A stretch of 64,000 nucleotides of DNA from Desulfatiglandales bacterium (GCA_963667015.2 CAXXJJ010000001.1:1632001-1696000); one strand, 5' to 3'; shown: positions 1 to 10,423, numbered from the stretch's first letter. Program-made: numbers and translations. The notes: a model not told the origin generated them from the sequence alone.

Positions 1-618
1 CCCGTATTCTATCCCATGGAAGATATTGATTATGACGGTACCTTTGATCTTATTGATAACTGCTGGAATGAACCCAACGATCAGGCGGAAAACCAGGATG
101 GGGATGATCTGGGAGATGCATGTGATAATTGTCCCTACATAGCCAATAATGATCAGATTGATTCGGATGGAGACGGTTATGGCGATGCATGCGATGACGA
201 TGATGATGATGACGGAATACTAGATGTTTCCGACAGCTGTCCAAGGTTATATGATCCCAGCGGGACTGACAGTGATAACGACGGCACAGGTGATGTATGT
301 GACGATGACGATGATAATGACGGGGTCCCTGATTCAGTGGATAACTGCAGACTTGTTGCAAACCCGGGCCAGGAGAACAATGACTACTATGCCATAGGTG
401 ATAACGAAGGTGATCAGTGTGACAATGATCTGGACAATGACGGTTTTCTGGAACCATACGAAGATCTCTGTCCGAGGTGCAGGTCCTTTACAAACAATGA
501 CACTGATAATGACGGCATAGGTGATGCCTGCGATAACTGTCCCTATACAGCCAATTCCGATCAGTTTGACGGTGACCATGACGGAATAGGAGATGCCTGT
601 GATGATGAAAATTCTTAA
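1..618 (+). CDS. Thrombospondin type-3 (TSP3) Ca-binding repeat protein, 3' part; frame is open to the window start
   Basis: Repeated DNCP..AN.DQ.D.D.DG.GDACD motifs; no stop codon in frame from base 1. Confidence 0.9.
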   Translation, partial: PVFYPMEDIDYDGTFDLIDNCWNEPNDQAENQDGDDLGDACDNCPYIANNDQIDSDGDGYGDACDDDDDDDGILDVSDSCPRLYDPSGTDSDNDGTGDVCDDDDDNDGVPDSVDNCRLVANPGQENNDYYAIGDNEGDQCDNDLDNDGFLEPYEDLCPRCRSFTNNDTDNDGIGDACDNCPYTANSDQFDGDHDGIGDACDDENS

Positions 619-2245
619 AATACTAATTGCCCTGCTCATGCTGTCTGCAATTGTTTCCTGTGATGCCCCCCCTCTTGAGCGCTTTATGGCAAGAGATGAG
701 GTGACAATTCACGCCAGTTTCCTTACCGAGGATCCGGAGAATATTATCTTTCCGGTTAAGGTGCTGTTTGCAATAGACTGCTCCGGCAGCATGGGCGGAA
801 CTGCAGCCGGAATAGAGGGCGGGTCTGATCCTGAAGGGCTGCGGCTGGATGCTGTAAGGGAATTTGTGAATACCTACAATACGGATGAGTTCCCGAATGT
901 TTCGTTTGAAGTCATGCTCTGGAATCTGTCAATCATGGATACAACTGACAATGATAACCATCAGCCCGGTTTCACACGTTCGGCTTCTGAAATCAACAGG
1001 GTCCTTGATGGTGCCAATAATCAGTCCATGACAGACTATCTCGGGACCCTGGATGCCATAAGGGCGGATATTGAAAATGATATCCACCGAACAGCGCAGG
1101 AGTCAGGCGGAGCCGATACGCTGGTGAGAACAAAGTATATTGTGCTGTTTTTCAGTGATGGTCTTCCCAATGTCCCTGACGGGGCAGGATCAGCCATGAT
1201 CCAGTCGGATGCGGATATCTGGGACAGGGTTGATGAGCTCAATGAAATGATAAACGAAAACGGTGTCGGCGGTTTTAATTTTCATACATTTCTTCTTTCA
1301 TCGCTTTTCGGACCCGGCGATGAGGAGAATATGGCCCGGGCTGTCAATACCCTGCAGCAAATGTCATTTAGGGCAAGCAGTGTTTTCATGGAATTTGAAA
1401 ATGCCGAGGCAATTGATTTTGTGAACGTTACGGACATGCGGTTAACTGCAGAATATACTATTGAGTTTGCCCTGGCCTTTAACCAGAACGTCAAGCCGGG
1501 AACAGAACTGGTTCATGTAGACAGCGACGGCGACTGGTTTGATGATGCCGAAGAGCTTATGGCCGGAACCGACCCTCAACTGCCGGACACGGATAATGAT
1601 GGAATGGGGGATTTCTTTGAGATTAAAGTAAGCTCTCCTCAGCAGGAACTTGATCCCCTGGTTGCTGACAGTCCATGCCAGGCATCTGGTGACGGTTTAT
1701 GGCCGGACACGGATCTCGACGGTCTGACAGATTGTGAAGAATATGTAAAGGGTACAAACAGGTATATGACAGATACGGACCAGGACGGAATCCCTGATGG
1801 AATAGAGTTTTATATGGGAACCAATCCTCTGGTTAATGAACTTACCAAGGACAGTGATTTTGACGGGAATCCTGACTGGCTCGAGGTCAGGGCTCATACA
1901 AATGTTTCTGCCAATGACCCGCAGATACGCAGGGATAACAGCTATGAGTATAATCTGATCGACCAGGGATTTCCTGTAGACGAGGAAACCGGATCGCTCA
2001 TGCCCATGCGCCAGTATGACCTCACTATCGGTAACATAGATATCATGAATACGCTGGGTTATACGGTGGGAGACATTACCTATCTCGAAGCGGGCGATAA
2101 TATTATTCGTGTCTACGTTGCTCAGCGGCCTGCCGATCTTCCCAACAGTCCGCTGATATTCAGAATGGCAGAGATACAGATAAATTTTGATGAAGACGAG
2201 AGAGATATTTATCTGACCCCTGGTGATTTTGAATTACTTGATTAA
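602..2245 (+). CDS. Lipoprotein with vWA domain and Asp-rich Ca-binding repeats (myxobacterial MtsD-like architecture)
   Basis: Signal peptide and lipobox IVSC; MIDAS DCSGS..T..FSDG; DSDGD/DTDxDG..D..E...GT[DN]P repeats; overlaps the upstream gene. Confidence 0.8.
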   Translation: MMKILKILIALLMLSAIVSCDAPPLERFMARDEVTIHASFLTEDPENIIFPVKVLFAIDCSGSMGGTAAGIEGGSDPEGLRLDAVREFVNTYNTDEFPNVSFEVMLWNLSIMDTTDNDNHQPGFTRSASEINRVLDGANNQSMTDYLGTLDAIRADIENDIHRTAQESGGADTLVRTKYIVLFFSDGLPNVPDGAGSAMIQSDADIWDRVDELNEMINENGVGGFNFHTFLLSSLFGPGDEENMARAVNTLQQMSFRASSVFMEFENAEAIDFVNVTDMRLTAEYTIEFALAFNQNVKPGTELVHVDSDGDWFDDAEELMAGTDPQLPDTDNDGMGDFFEIKVSSPQQELDPLVADSPCQASGDGLWPDTDLDGLTDCEEYVKGTNRYMTDTDQDGIPDGIEFYMGTNPLVNELTKDSDFDGNPDWLEVRAHTNVSANDPQIRRDNSYEYNLIDQGFPVDEETGSLMPMRQYDLTIGNIDIMNTLGYTVGDITYLEAGDNIIRVYVAQRPADLPNSPLIFRMAEIQINFDEDERDIYLTPGDFELLD

Positions 2246-2270
2246 TATCGTAACAGGAAGAGGTGCTATC

Positions 2271-4637
2271 ATGAAAAAACTGATATATATATTATTTGGT
2301 ATGATGATATTTACTGCATGTAACTCTGATGATGGAGATAATTCAGACAGCAGTACATTACAGCTTAATCAGGCTATCACAGGGGCTATTTCTGTGGAAG
2401 GAGAGGTCGATCTGTATCATGTCAGGGTCAACGATGCCAATACGATTCTTACTGTATCCTGTGAGGGCGATACCGTTCATCCTGTTGTGGATACCCTGGT
2501 TACAGTTTATCAGGATGAGGTTGATGAGAATAACCGAATGCTGGCAGACCATTCACCCGAGGATTCATACCTGCCTGCCGATGTTAATATGAATCTTTAT
2601 ATTGATACCCCGAAGGATATATACATTGCGGTAAGAGACTTTATGGACGATGAGGCTGATCCGGATCAGAAATATCATCTCACCGTATCTACTGCTGCGT
2701 CTACGGAAGAAAATAACGATTTTTCCAGTGCTGTTGCTGTTACAGTAGATGACCCTGCCAGCGCGGCAGAGGATAAAATTGACTATATCGGTGATAAAGA
2801 CTGTTTTTCATTTTCAGTCAGTGCCGAAGGCGTCTATGCAGTATCAATAGATTTTGACCCCTTTGTAGGCGGATCAAGCGTAAGGCCGGCAGCGCAGCTT
2901 TTCGGGCCTGATGGAGATCTTATTGATGCTACTACAAGCATTCCCGGTACCGGATTCTATTTTACGGCTCATCTGATGCCGTCAGCAGATCCATATCATA
3001 TTGTAGTAGAAGATACCGGAAATGACGATTCCGACCAGTCATCTCCATACAGTGTAAGCGTGAATTCTGCGGCCGCAAACGAATTCTTTGATAATGATAT
3101 ACAGGCTGAAGCTGCCATGCTGACTGATGCGGGAGGAAATACATTTTCAGCAAGTGCGGCACTTGATTATGCCTCTTCCTCGGAAAGCGATGATCATACA
3201 GGAGATCAGGACTGGTACAGCATTCCGGTAGGAGCTGCCAGTGTATCCGGTATCAAGGTCCTTAATCTATCCATGACCGATACAGATGCTTCCCAGGACC
3301 AGAGCTATCGTATCAGTCTTATTGACGAAACCGGAAGTGTACTGCTTGCCCATGATTACGCCGGGGGGGCTGCGCCATACAGATGTCAGGTGATGGCAGG
3401 TACGGGGATTCATTATATTCAGGTACAGGCCGCTGAAAATGCGAGGCTTCAGGAAAGTGAGCCCTATCAGATTTCTGTTGAAGTAATTGGTGTGGCGGAT
3501 CCTGATGAAGAAGGTGACGGCAATAATACCGAGAGTTTTGCAACTGATATTATCCCCGGAACACCTGTAGAAGGTAAGATTGCCTATAGAGGTGATGTTG
3601 ACTGGTATAAAATTGATGTCCCCACCGGTACTTCAAAAATCCTTGAAGTATTCCTGGACAGCGATGCATCCATGGTAGATTATGATGTCCAGGTTCAGTT
3701 GAATAACAGCACAATAAAGAAGATCTATGATTCAAACGGATCAGACGGTCCTGTTCAGCTTGAAACAGGGATTTATATTCCTGCAAATTCACAGAGCATA
3801 ACAGAATATTATATAAAGGTGGCGGATTACCAGGGAGATGATGGAGATGCCTTACCATATAACCTGGAGGTCAACGTCCTATCTGTACCAGATGGTGCCG
3901 TTGTGGGTTCAGCACCCGACGGTGCTTACCGTTACTACTTCAGTGAAGACGAGGAATATAACATGGGCCCGGATTCATCCAGGTCGACGGGTCTTGAAAT
4001 AGAGGTCTTGTACGATGATCAGCCTGAGTTCAATGCAGATACGAGCCTGCTTAATTTCAGGGCGGCAGATCTTGCCTCTCTTCACATAACAAGAACGGAT
4101 AATGGCGATGGGACAGTAACATTTGAGATGCCATGGATCGCAGGTTTTGTAGATTACCAGGGTGACAGGGATCTTTTCCAGCTTGACCTTGGTACACTTG
4201 ATCCGGCGATACCCGACACTCACTGGTATTATGATATAGAGATACAGCTCGCTACTGCAGCAGGATCGACAACAGATGTGGAGTACAACTGGAAATTCTA
4301 CCGCGACCATAATGGAAACGGCATTGTTATGGATAATCCGGGAGCAGACGACGGCTATAAGGCCTGTGACGGGGATATGACTCTTACAACTGAGGCCATA
4401 AATATAACCACGCCTGGCGGTACCGATGAATTCTATGTAGGAGATCTTTGGACAACAACCACACCTAAAATCTATACAGTTTATATCGGTATGAGTGATT
4501 ATAATTACATGAATCTTCCCACTTCAAATCCGGATACTCCAACAGTCAATCCCAATCCTGATAATGACTGGGGATATGATACCCCCTATTATTTCAAGGT
4601 AAACCTGACCTATCATCCGGGAGTATCCTATCCATAA
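2271..4637 (+). CDS. Large acidic lipoprotein with about five PPC-like beta-sandwich repeats
   Basis: MKK signal with FTAC lipobox; repeats GEVDLY, GDKDCF, GDQDWY, GDVDWY, GDRDLF; purine-rich RBS before ATG 2271. Confidence 0.75.
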   Translation: MKKLIYILFGMMIFTACNSDDGDNSDSSTLQLNQAITGAISVEGEVDLYHVRVNDANTILTVSCEGDTVHPVVDTLVTVYQDEVDENNRMLADHSPEDSYLPADVNMNLYIDTPKDIYIAVRDFMDDEADPDQKYHLTVSTAASTEENNDFSSAVAVTVDDPASAAEDKIDYIGDKDCFSFSVSAEGVYAVSIDFDPFVGGSSVRPAAQLFGPDGDLIDATTSIPGTGFYFTAHLMPSADPYHIVVEDTGNDDSDQSSPYSVSVNSAAANEFFDNDIQAEAAMLTDAGGNTFSASAALDYASSSESDDHTGDQDWYSIPVGAASVSGIKVLNLSMTDTDASQDQSYRISLIDETGSVLLAHDYAGGAAPYRCQVMAGTGIHYIQVQAAENARLQESEPYQISVEVIGVADPDEEGDGNNTESFATDIIPGTPVEGKIAYRGDVDWYKIDVPTGTSKILEVFLDSDASMVDYDVQVQLNNSTIKKIYDSNGSDGPVQLETGIYIPANSQSITEYYIKVADYQGDDGDALPYNLEVNVLSVPDGAVVGSAPDGAYRYYFSEDEEYNMGPDSSRSTGLEIEVLYDDQPEFNADTSLLNFRAADLASLHITRTDNGDGTVTFEMPWIAGFVDYQGDRDLFQLDLGTLDPAIPDTHWYYDIEIQLATAAGSTTDVEYNWKFYRDHNGNGIVMDNPGADDGYKACDGDMTLTTEAINITTPGGTDEFYVGDLWTTTTPKIYTVYIGMSDYNYMNLPTSNPDTPTVNPNPDNDWGYDTPYYFKVNLTYHPGVSYP

Positions 4638-4672
4638 GCATCCGGTATATTTTTATATCCATCCTCCAAAAG

Positions 4673-4711
4673 CCCCCCTGGAAAACAATAATTATTATTT
4701 TTCCAGGGGGG
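4673..4711 (+). terminator. Stem-loop, probable terminator after the surface-protein operon
   Basis: CCCCCCTGGAAAA...TTTTCCAGGGGGG inverted repeat 35 bp after the stop codon. Confidence 0.6.
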
Positions 4712-4762
4712 TAATATCTTTATAAGGCAATAATAGAGATAGAGCATCCCGTTCGCCAGGTC

Positions 4763-4792
4763 GTCATTCCACGGCTTGACCGTGGAATCCAG
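4763..4792. repeat. REP/RPE-like palindrome
   Basis: GTCATTCCACGG-CTTGA-CCGTGGAATCCAG hairpin; related partial copy near 30309. Confidence 0.5.
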
Positions 4793-4927
4793 TTGTTTTT
4801 GACGTACGGTTATTGAAACCTGTCAATAATAAAGGATTTCCCTGTTAAACATTTTTTGCATTTGTTTAGCCGGGATCTAACCCTTTTTGGTTTCTATTAA
4901 AGCCTCTCTTAATTATTAATCAAAGCC

Positions 4928-4955
4928 AGTTAAAACTTATGAACTTATGGGCATT
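4928..4955 (-). repeat. dif-like 11-6-11 site, copy 1 of a 50-60 bp repeat family
   Basis: Minus strand reads AATGCCCATAA-GTTCAT-AAGTTTTAACT; related copies at 6070-6097 and 30193-30220. Confidence 0.45.
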
Positions 4956-4997
4956 AGGTTTTACAAAAAGGAATGAAAGTTTTTGGATAGGCGCTGG

Positions 4998-5387
4998 TTA
5001 AAATGAAAAAATTCGAAGGCGAGGTATCCTCGAAAAATGGGCTCTGTTCCTTGTAATAATGGGAATATCATAGGTTATGCATATGCCTGCGATAAGGATA
5101 TCCTGATTTCCTATTAAATTACCCTTTTTTTTCAATTCATTATAGATTTCTGCGGATATTTCCGCATGTTTCTCTTCGAAAGAAAAGACAGGAAGGAGCG
5201 AAGTCAGGTCGTCAATCTGCTTTATCCTTTTTTTGCCGATTATGCCTGCATACAATTCAAAGACAGTAATAGATGTCAAGGCAAGTCTGTCCTGCAGTAT
5301 TAACTGTTCTATAGTAGATGCTGCTGGTTCAGCTCCTGAAAAGAAATCAATAATTACATCGGTGTCAGCGATTACGATTTTTTCCAA
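4998..5387 (-). CDS. vapC: VapC-family PIN-domain toxin
   Basis: ADTDVIIDF, ITVFEL, GNQDILIAG and ITRN..HF PIN motifs; 129 aa. Confidence 0.92.
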   Translation of the reverse strand: MEKIVIADTDVIIDFFSGAEPAASTIEQLILQDRLALTSITVFELYAGIIGKKRIKQIDDLTSLLPVFSFEEKHAEISAEIYNELKKKGNLIGNQDILIAGICITYDIPIITRNRAHFSRIPRLRIFSF

Positions 5388-5614
5388 TTTTTTCTCAGTT
5401 CTTTTATACCGGTTTTTATTTCCTCAGCCTCTTTTCCCCAGTTTCCTTTCATTGCAAGAACATTGTCTTTAATTTCTGTCAGTTTTGCCTGATCTGTAAT
5501 GTATTGTTCTATTGCATCTTCAATGATTTTAGAATAGCCACGTAAGCCTTTTTGTGCAGCAATAGAAAGCAGTGCACTTCTATGTTTGTCTGATATTTCG
5601 ATTGTTGTCCGCAT
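5372..5614 (-). CDS. Antitoxin (RHH-like, VapB type)
   Basis: MRTTIEI N-terminus, 80 aa, overlaps and precedes the PIN toxin. Confidence 0.85.
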   Translation of the reverse strand: MRTTIEISDKHRSALLSIAAQKGLRGYSKIIEDAIEQYITDQAKLTEIKDNVLAMKGNWGKEAEEIKTGIKELRKNWKKS

Positions 5615-6069
5615 TTATTGTCTCCTTAATATTTGAATATTCTAGTATTTAAGTATCTGAATGTCAATTTAGAGATATTTTGTGATCGGGCTTATAGCCT
5701 AATTTTTTTCTCTTAAGCTGAAAAACAGCTAATAGCCTTTGGTGACGCAGGAAACCATGTTTGTCAGAGGGTCTTGTCCCAGCATAACATTGGTAATTTA
5801 TGAAAAGGAGAAAATATTGAATTCATTAGCCCTGTCATTTCGAAGTTAAACTGAGAAATCTTGTCTCTTCGTCTTTACTAACAGCCTTCAGCCTGAAAAG
5901 CTACAGCCTGTCTTCCAAATCTTGAACCTTGAATCTGGAATTTTGAATATTTCAAATAATTTGCTCAATTAATTGAAAATCCCTTGATTTTTCAATCCAT
6001 TAGTCTTAAATCTTTACAGGAATATTGAATTACTGCCTTACAAGTCTTTCTTAATTATTAATCAAAGCC

Positions 6070-6097
6070 TGCTAAAACTTATAAAATTATGGACATC
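6070..6097 (-). repeat. dif-like site, copy 2
   Basis: Minus strand reads GATGTCCATAA-TTTTAT-AAGTTTTAGCA; flanking similarity to 4903-4927. Confidence 0.45.
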
Positions 6098-6105
6098 CCA
6101 TGTTC

Positions 6106-6240
6106 AAAGGTGCCCAAATTGATTTCTGTGGCGAATACGAATGGAATGATAAAGGAGGAGTTGTGCATTGGACACATCATGACCCTGATGGATACCATGA
6201 CGATGGATGGTTAAAGCATGATGGGAAAAAATATCAATAG
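6106..6240 (+). pseudogene. 3' fragment of a DUF3465-like gene (copy of 11465-11599)
   Basis: Encodes ..QIDFCGEYEWNDKGGVVHWTHHDPDGYHDDGWLKHDGKKYQ*; DNA similarity extends over 6106-6313 vs 11465-11672. Confidence 0.85.
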
Positions 6241-6334
6241 AAAATTGTAAGGCTGAACCAATGCTTTTATAGCCAGGTGAATTAGCAATAATGGTTAAAA
6301 GAGCTAAACGGAGTATTATCCCCTTTAGACCAGA

Positions 6335-6826
6335 TTATTTCCACAGATCCTTCGACATCTCTCCCACCCGGACAGGTTCAAAAGAATCAAAATATATGTC
6401 CCTGACCATCCGCATATCTTTCCATAAAAGAGCATAACCTTTTGTGCGTTTAGCTGCCTTTATTTTATTCTGCCACATGGCAATCTCTTCCGCTGTTCCC
6501 TCCCTCTTTTCTCCTGCAGAACCCATAAGCCTTACAGAAGGAGGTGTAGAGAATTTCCCTGTAAAAAACGATTTAAGCCAGGACAGTATCCCACTGTTAA
6601 CTGCAAGAATGCATACACGTTGATTTTTTTTGATGTTCTTTGACGTGTTGACAGAAAATTGATCAAAGTAAAAACCTGTTCTGTCATCCCGAAGGAAAAG
6701 GGCTCCTATCGGGGTTACATGGGGAGTGCCGTCCGGATTTACTGTTGCTACTGCAAAATGCCTGGTAGTTTTCTGGCTTTCACGAAATACTGCCTGGATG
6801 GTTTTCCAGTGTTTTCCTATTTCCAT
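6335..6826 (-). CDS. Pyridoxamine 5'-phosphate oxidase-like (split-barrel flavin-binding) protein
   Basis: VATVNPDGTPHVTPI motif. Confidence 0.85.
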   Translation of the reverse strand: MEIGKHWKTIQAVFRESQKTTRHFAVATVNPDGTPHVTPIGALFLRDDRTGFYFDQFSVNTSKNIKKNQRVCILAVNSGILSWLKSFFTGKFSTPPSVRLMGSAGEKREGTAEEIAMWQNKIKAAKRTKGYALLWKDMRMVRDIYFDSFEPVRVGEMSKDLWK

Positions 6827-6843
6827 TGGTTACCTCTTTGTTA

Positions 6844-8133
6844 TCAACTTTCGTATCTATTATTAATCCTGACCCTCGCTCCAAGCTGCTCAAACAGGCG
6901 CAGCATCCCGTAGCGGGTACGATCAAGGTAAACAAAATTGGCGTTTGCCTTAAAGTGCTGTCTCATTTTAAAGATGTTTTGAGAAATCGCCTTTGCGCTT
7001 TTCATAAAATCGGGGTTTGCACCAAAATCAAAAACCGGTTCTGCAACCAGCTGACTGTACCAGTCACTGAAACCTGACACTGTATCCCTTAAAATCTCTT
7101 CGGAAGAGGGATCGAGTTCGCCTTTTAGAAGATCGAACTCCCTGAACATGCGCATGTGGGTATCACTGTCCCGGTTGGTTAATGCCCTGATCAGCTGCCT
7201 GTATTTTTCCACGAATTCCGGATCAAAATGACGGACACATCCGAAATCCACAATCCCGACATTTAAGTCATCATCAATAATGAAATTACCCGGGTTCGGA
7301 TCGGCGTGTATGCAGTTAAGGTCATAAAAGCAGTACAGGAAAAAATCGTGCAGACGCCCGGCTATGGTGTCTCTTGCGTCCTGACCCGGTGCGGTTTTCA
7401 GCCACTCGTTAAGGGGCAGGCCCTTAAGGAGAGTCATGCTCAGCACGGTATCAGTGCAAAACTCTTTTTTTACTTCGGGCATGTAAAACCCGTTTTCAGG
7501 CATCCGGCCTGCAAACCATTCAATATTTTCCGCTTCCTGCCTGTAATCTATCTCTTCTGCCAGACGCTGTTCGATCTCTTCCAGGGCAGGAAGAATCATA
7601 TCGTATTCGGCCAGGGGACGCAGGATCTGCCCTACAAGCTGCATATCGGCACTTATACTTTTTGCTATGCCGGGATACTGCACCTTGACTGCCAGTGGTG
7701 TATTATCCCCTGTTACTGCACTGTGTACCTGGCCAAGACTTGCTGCAGCAAAGGCACGGGTATCAAAGCTTTTAAAGACAGTCTCCAATGGCTGCAGGAA
7801 GGCATTAGCCACTGTTTTACGCACCATGGCCTGGTTCATGGGAGGCAGCTTGTTATATGATTTTGTAAGCTCTTTGCAGATTGATTCAGGAATTATATCC
7901 AGCTCAAAGCTCAGCATCTGGGCTATTTTGACTGCAGTGCCTTTGAGCATGCTCAGGGCGTTAAATAAAATGGCAGCGCTTTCTTCTTCCATCTGCTTTT
8001 TTGCCAGGTATTTTCCAGAGTCCGAAAGAAAGGGACGTTTTGCATAATAGCCCAGGAGCTTTCCACCAACCTTAAAAGCGGTTTTACTGCCAATAGCGCT
8101 TCTTCGTAATTTACCCTGGGGTATCTCATTCAT
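6844..8133 (-). CDS. AarF/ABC1/UbiB-family atypical kinase
   Basis: KIAQ, AAASLGQVH, AVKVQYP, HADPNPGN and VDFG motifs; start MNEIP overlaps the TetR stop. Confidence 0.92.
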   Translation of the reverse strand: MNEIPQGKLRRSAIGSKTAFKVGGKLLGYYAKRPFLSDSGKYLAKKQMEEESAAILFNALSMLKGTAVKIAQMLSFELDIIPESICKELTKSYNKLPPMNQAMVRKTVANAFLQPLETVFKSFDTRAFAAASLGQVHSAVTGDNTPLAVKVQYPGIAKSISADMQLVGQILRPLAEYDMILPALEEIEQRLAEEIDYRQEAENIEWFAGRMPENGFYMPEVKKEFCTDTVLSMTLLKGLPLNEWLKTAPGQDARDTIAGRLHDFFLYCFYDLNCIHADPNPGNFIIDDDLNVGIVDFGCVRHFDPEFVEKYRQLIRALTNRDSDTHMRMFREFDLLKGELDPSSEEILRDTVSGFSDWYSQLVAEPVFDFGANPDFMKSAKAISQNIFKMRQHFKANANFVYLDRTRYGMLRLFEQLGARVRINNRYES

Positions 8134-8866
8134 TTGACAGGTTCTCCATAAACCTGCGCTTGACAGTCTGCACTGTTTCAATTTTTTCTTTGAACAGATC
8201 CATTCTTGACAGGACATGCTGTTTAAAAAGAAAGGTCATGATATCAAAGATCTTATTGGCGATCCCGCTTTTGATCATGGAGCAGGCAAGATCAAGGCTT
8301 TTATCTATGAGAACAGTGGTATCAGTGAACTGTTCGGATGTATCCTTAAGCCAATAGTGCACCATGGCAATATAGTAATCCCAGAAGAACTGGTGACTGA
8401 TTTCGAGAAAAACCTGGTCAGGGATTTCTTCAACCTCTATTGCCGCCTCGTATATTTCCCGGATAATTGCATTAAAACTGTTCCTGATGGGTTTAAGCTC
8501 CCGATAGGATGAACTGAAACTCAAAAAGACTGCCTTATTGGTTTCAGCCACAAATTCGCGGTCGGCAAGGTAAAGGTCCAGGCTGGTCTCAATTACAGTC
8601 TGAAGCTGTTCCTGAAATCCAAAGGTATGAAAGTCATCAAGGGCTTTAAGATGTTCTGTCAGATCCTGTATGTGATCCTGATAGTACCCGAAGAGGATGG
8701 ATTCCTTTGTCGGAAAATAGTTATAGATAGTGGCATCAGCAATCCCGGCGCTCCGGGCAATGGCTTTCATGGTGGTTGAACCGATACCCTTTTCAGTAAT
8801 AACATCAACCGCCGCTCTTATGATTTTTTTGCGCTTTTCCTCTTTTTGTTCTCTGTTTATTTTCAT
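8126..8866 (-). CDS. TetR-family transcriptional regulator
   Basis: IARSAGIADATIYNYFPTKE helix-turn-helix. Confidence 0.93.
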   Translation of the reverse strand: MKINREQKEEKRKKIIRAAVDVITEKGIGSTTMKAIARSAGIADATIYNYFPTKESILFGYYQDHIQDLTEHLKALDDFHTFGFQEQLQTVIETSLDLYLADREFVAETNKAVFLSFSSSYRELKPIRNSFNAIIREIYEAAIEVEEIPDQVFLEISHQFFWDYYIAMVHYWLKDTSEQFTDTTVLIDKSLDLACSMIKSGIANKIFDIMTFLFKQHVLSRMDLFKEKIETVQTVKRRFMENLSNE

Positions 8867-9001
8867 TTCAATGCTCCTAAAGAAAATATGTAACCTATTA
8901 ATGAGCTTATTGACTCATATATTATATAGCGTTTTCATATTAGTCAATGTAATAGTCATTAAACCTGCCTTTTTCCTCTACGTAAATAATTAAAATAAAA
9001 G

Positions 9002-9054
9002 TTGACATCGGTATCAATTGATACTAGTATTTCTTATCAGGTATCAATTGATAT
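9002..9054 (+). promoter_or_regulatory. Sigma70 promoter with two palindromic operators for the TA operon
   Basis: TTGACA(9002)-17 bp-TAGTAT(9025); palindrome GTATCAATTGATAC at 9011-9024 and a near copy at 9041-9054. Confidence 0.75.
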
Positions 9055-9068
9055 CTTGAAAGGACGCA

Positions 9069-9434
9069 ATGAAACGGCCGTCTAATAAGGAGCTTTACAA
9101 CAGAATAAAACATGCTCTTGAGCTTAGTTCAAATGAAACTTTAAGAATTATTGATCCTGCAACATTAGCAGCCGATTCAATCGAACTGGGTTATCTGGTC
9201 AGGGATCTGCAAACTACTCTCATTTCTGTTTTAAATGAAATTGGACCTGGAAACTATGCTGGAACACGACCGCCGCAGAAATCTTACAAAGTTCAAATAA
9301 AGGATTCAGAACTTTTTGCCTTTAGCTGGAAAAGTAAAACATTTGGCTGTGAAGCGTACATTAAATTTTGTTTCAAAAATGATTGTTTATACCTTGTCTC
9401 CTTACATCGAGATAGAAAAGAGAAAGGAGGTTAA
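9069..9434 (+). CDS. Probable MqsR/RelE-like ribonuclease toxin
   Basis: 121 aa; C-terminal YIKF...LVSLH pattern; directly upstream of an MqsA-like gene. Confidence 0.65.
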   Translation: MKRPSNKELYNRIKHALELSSNETLRIIDPATLAADSIELGYLVRDLQTTLISVLNEIGPGNYAGTRPPQKSYKVQIKDSELFAFSWKSKTFGCEAYIKFCFKNDCLYLVSLHRDRKEKGG

Positions 9435-9436
9435 AA

Positions 9437-10261
9437 ATGGAAAAAGAAATACAAAACTGCCCAAATGACCATGGATTAATGGCGGTTAAAACAATTGAAA
9501 AAAATATAACCTTTAAAGGGGAAGAAATAAGTTTTGAGGTTGAGTCGTTTGTTTGTGAGGAGTGTGGAATGGAAGTTGCCACAATTGAACAGGCTGCGAC
9601 CATGCAAAATATTATTGCAGATGCTTACAGAAAAAAAGTGGGTTTGTTGACCGGAGCAGAAATAAGAGAGCAAAGAGAAAAACTTGGCTTAACACAAAAA
9701 GAGTTTTCAAAAAAAGCAGGAGTAGGTATTGCCAGCATTAAAAGATGGGAGAACGGCATCGTTCAAACAAAATCCATGAATGCATCACTTAAAGCAGCAC
9801 TTCAGCACATAAAAGTCGGGAATATTGTCACCGGTAATCGAGTGTTATCAATTGAACGGATAAAGCTTGTAATGAAAGAGCTTGAAAAGGAAACTGGTCA
9901 GGAATTCCTCCAGGACGGAGATATGATGTTAATGGATGCAAAATATTTATGGTATGCCGATATGATAGCTTTTAACAGGCTTGGCAGAAGTATAACTGGC
10001 TCATCATATGCTGCACTCCCGCATGGTCCGCAACTTAATAATTACAAAGAATTAATTGATTTAATCCGCGATTCAGATGAGAAAAAAGCCGAACCGCTTA
10101 CGGATGAAGAAAAAAGAATACTCATAAGAGTAGCGCTTTCATTCCCTGGTAAAGAATCAGTTTTTAAAGCAGCACATCGTGAGGAAGTATGGAAAAATAA
10201 AACTATAGGGTCACTAATACCTTACTCCGATGCGGAGAAGCTTACTGAAATACAAATATAA
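9437..10261 (+). CDS. MqsA-type Zn-finger/HTH antitoxin fused to a Panacea (DUF4065/SocA) domain
   Basis: CPND..CEEC Zn ribbon; REKLGLTQ..WENG XRE HTH; KYLWYAD...ITG..Y.ALPHGP. Confidence 0.85.
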   Translation: MEKEIQNCPNDHGLMAVKTIEKNITFKGEEISFEVESFVCEECGMEVATIEQAATMQNIIADAYRKKVGLLTGAEIREQREKLGLTQKEFSKKAGVGIASIKRWENGIVQTKSMNASLKAALQHIKVGNIVTGNRVLSIERIKLVMKELEKETGQEFLQDGDMMLMDAKYLWYADMIAFNRLGRSITGSSYAALPHGPQLNNYKELIDLIRDSDEKKAEPLTDEEKRILIRVALSFPGKESVFKAAHREEVWKNKTIGSLIPYSDAEKLTEIQI

Positions 10262-10423
10262 TAAGAGAAGGTGAGAAACCCCTCGTATTATAATATAACG
10301 AGGTGGTCACAATCTGTTGCCACCTCACAATTCTATTATTAATTCTATTCTTGAATGTGGCACATTGAATTTTGAATCAACACCCCTTACAGCCTTAAGC
10401 CCAGTTTTCCCCTGCCCTCTGAT

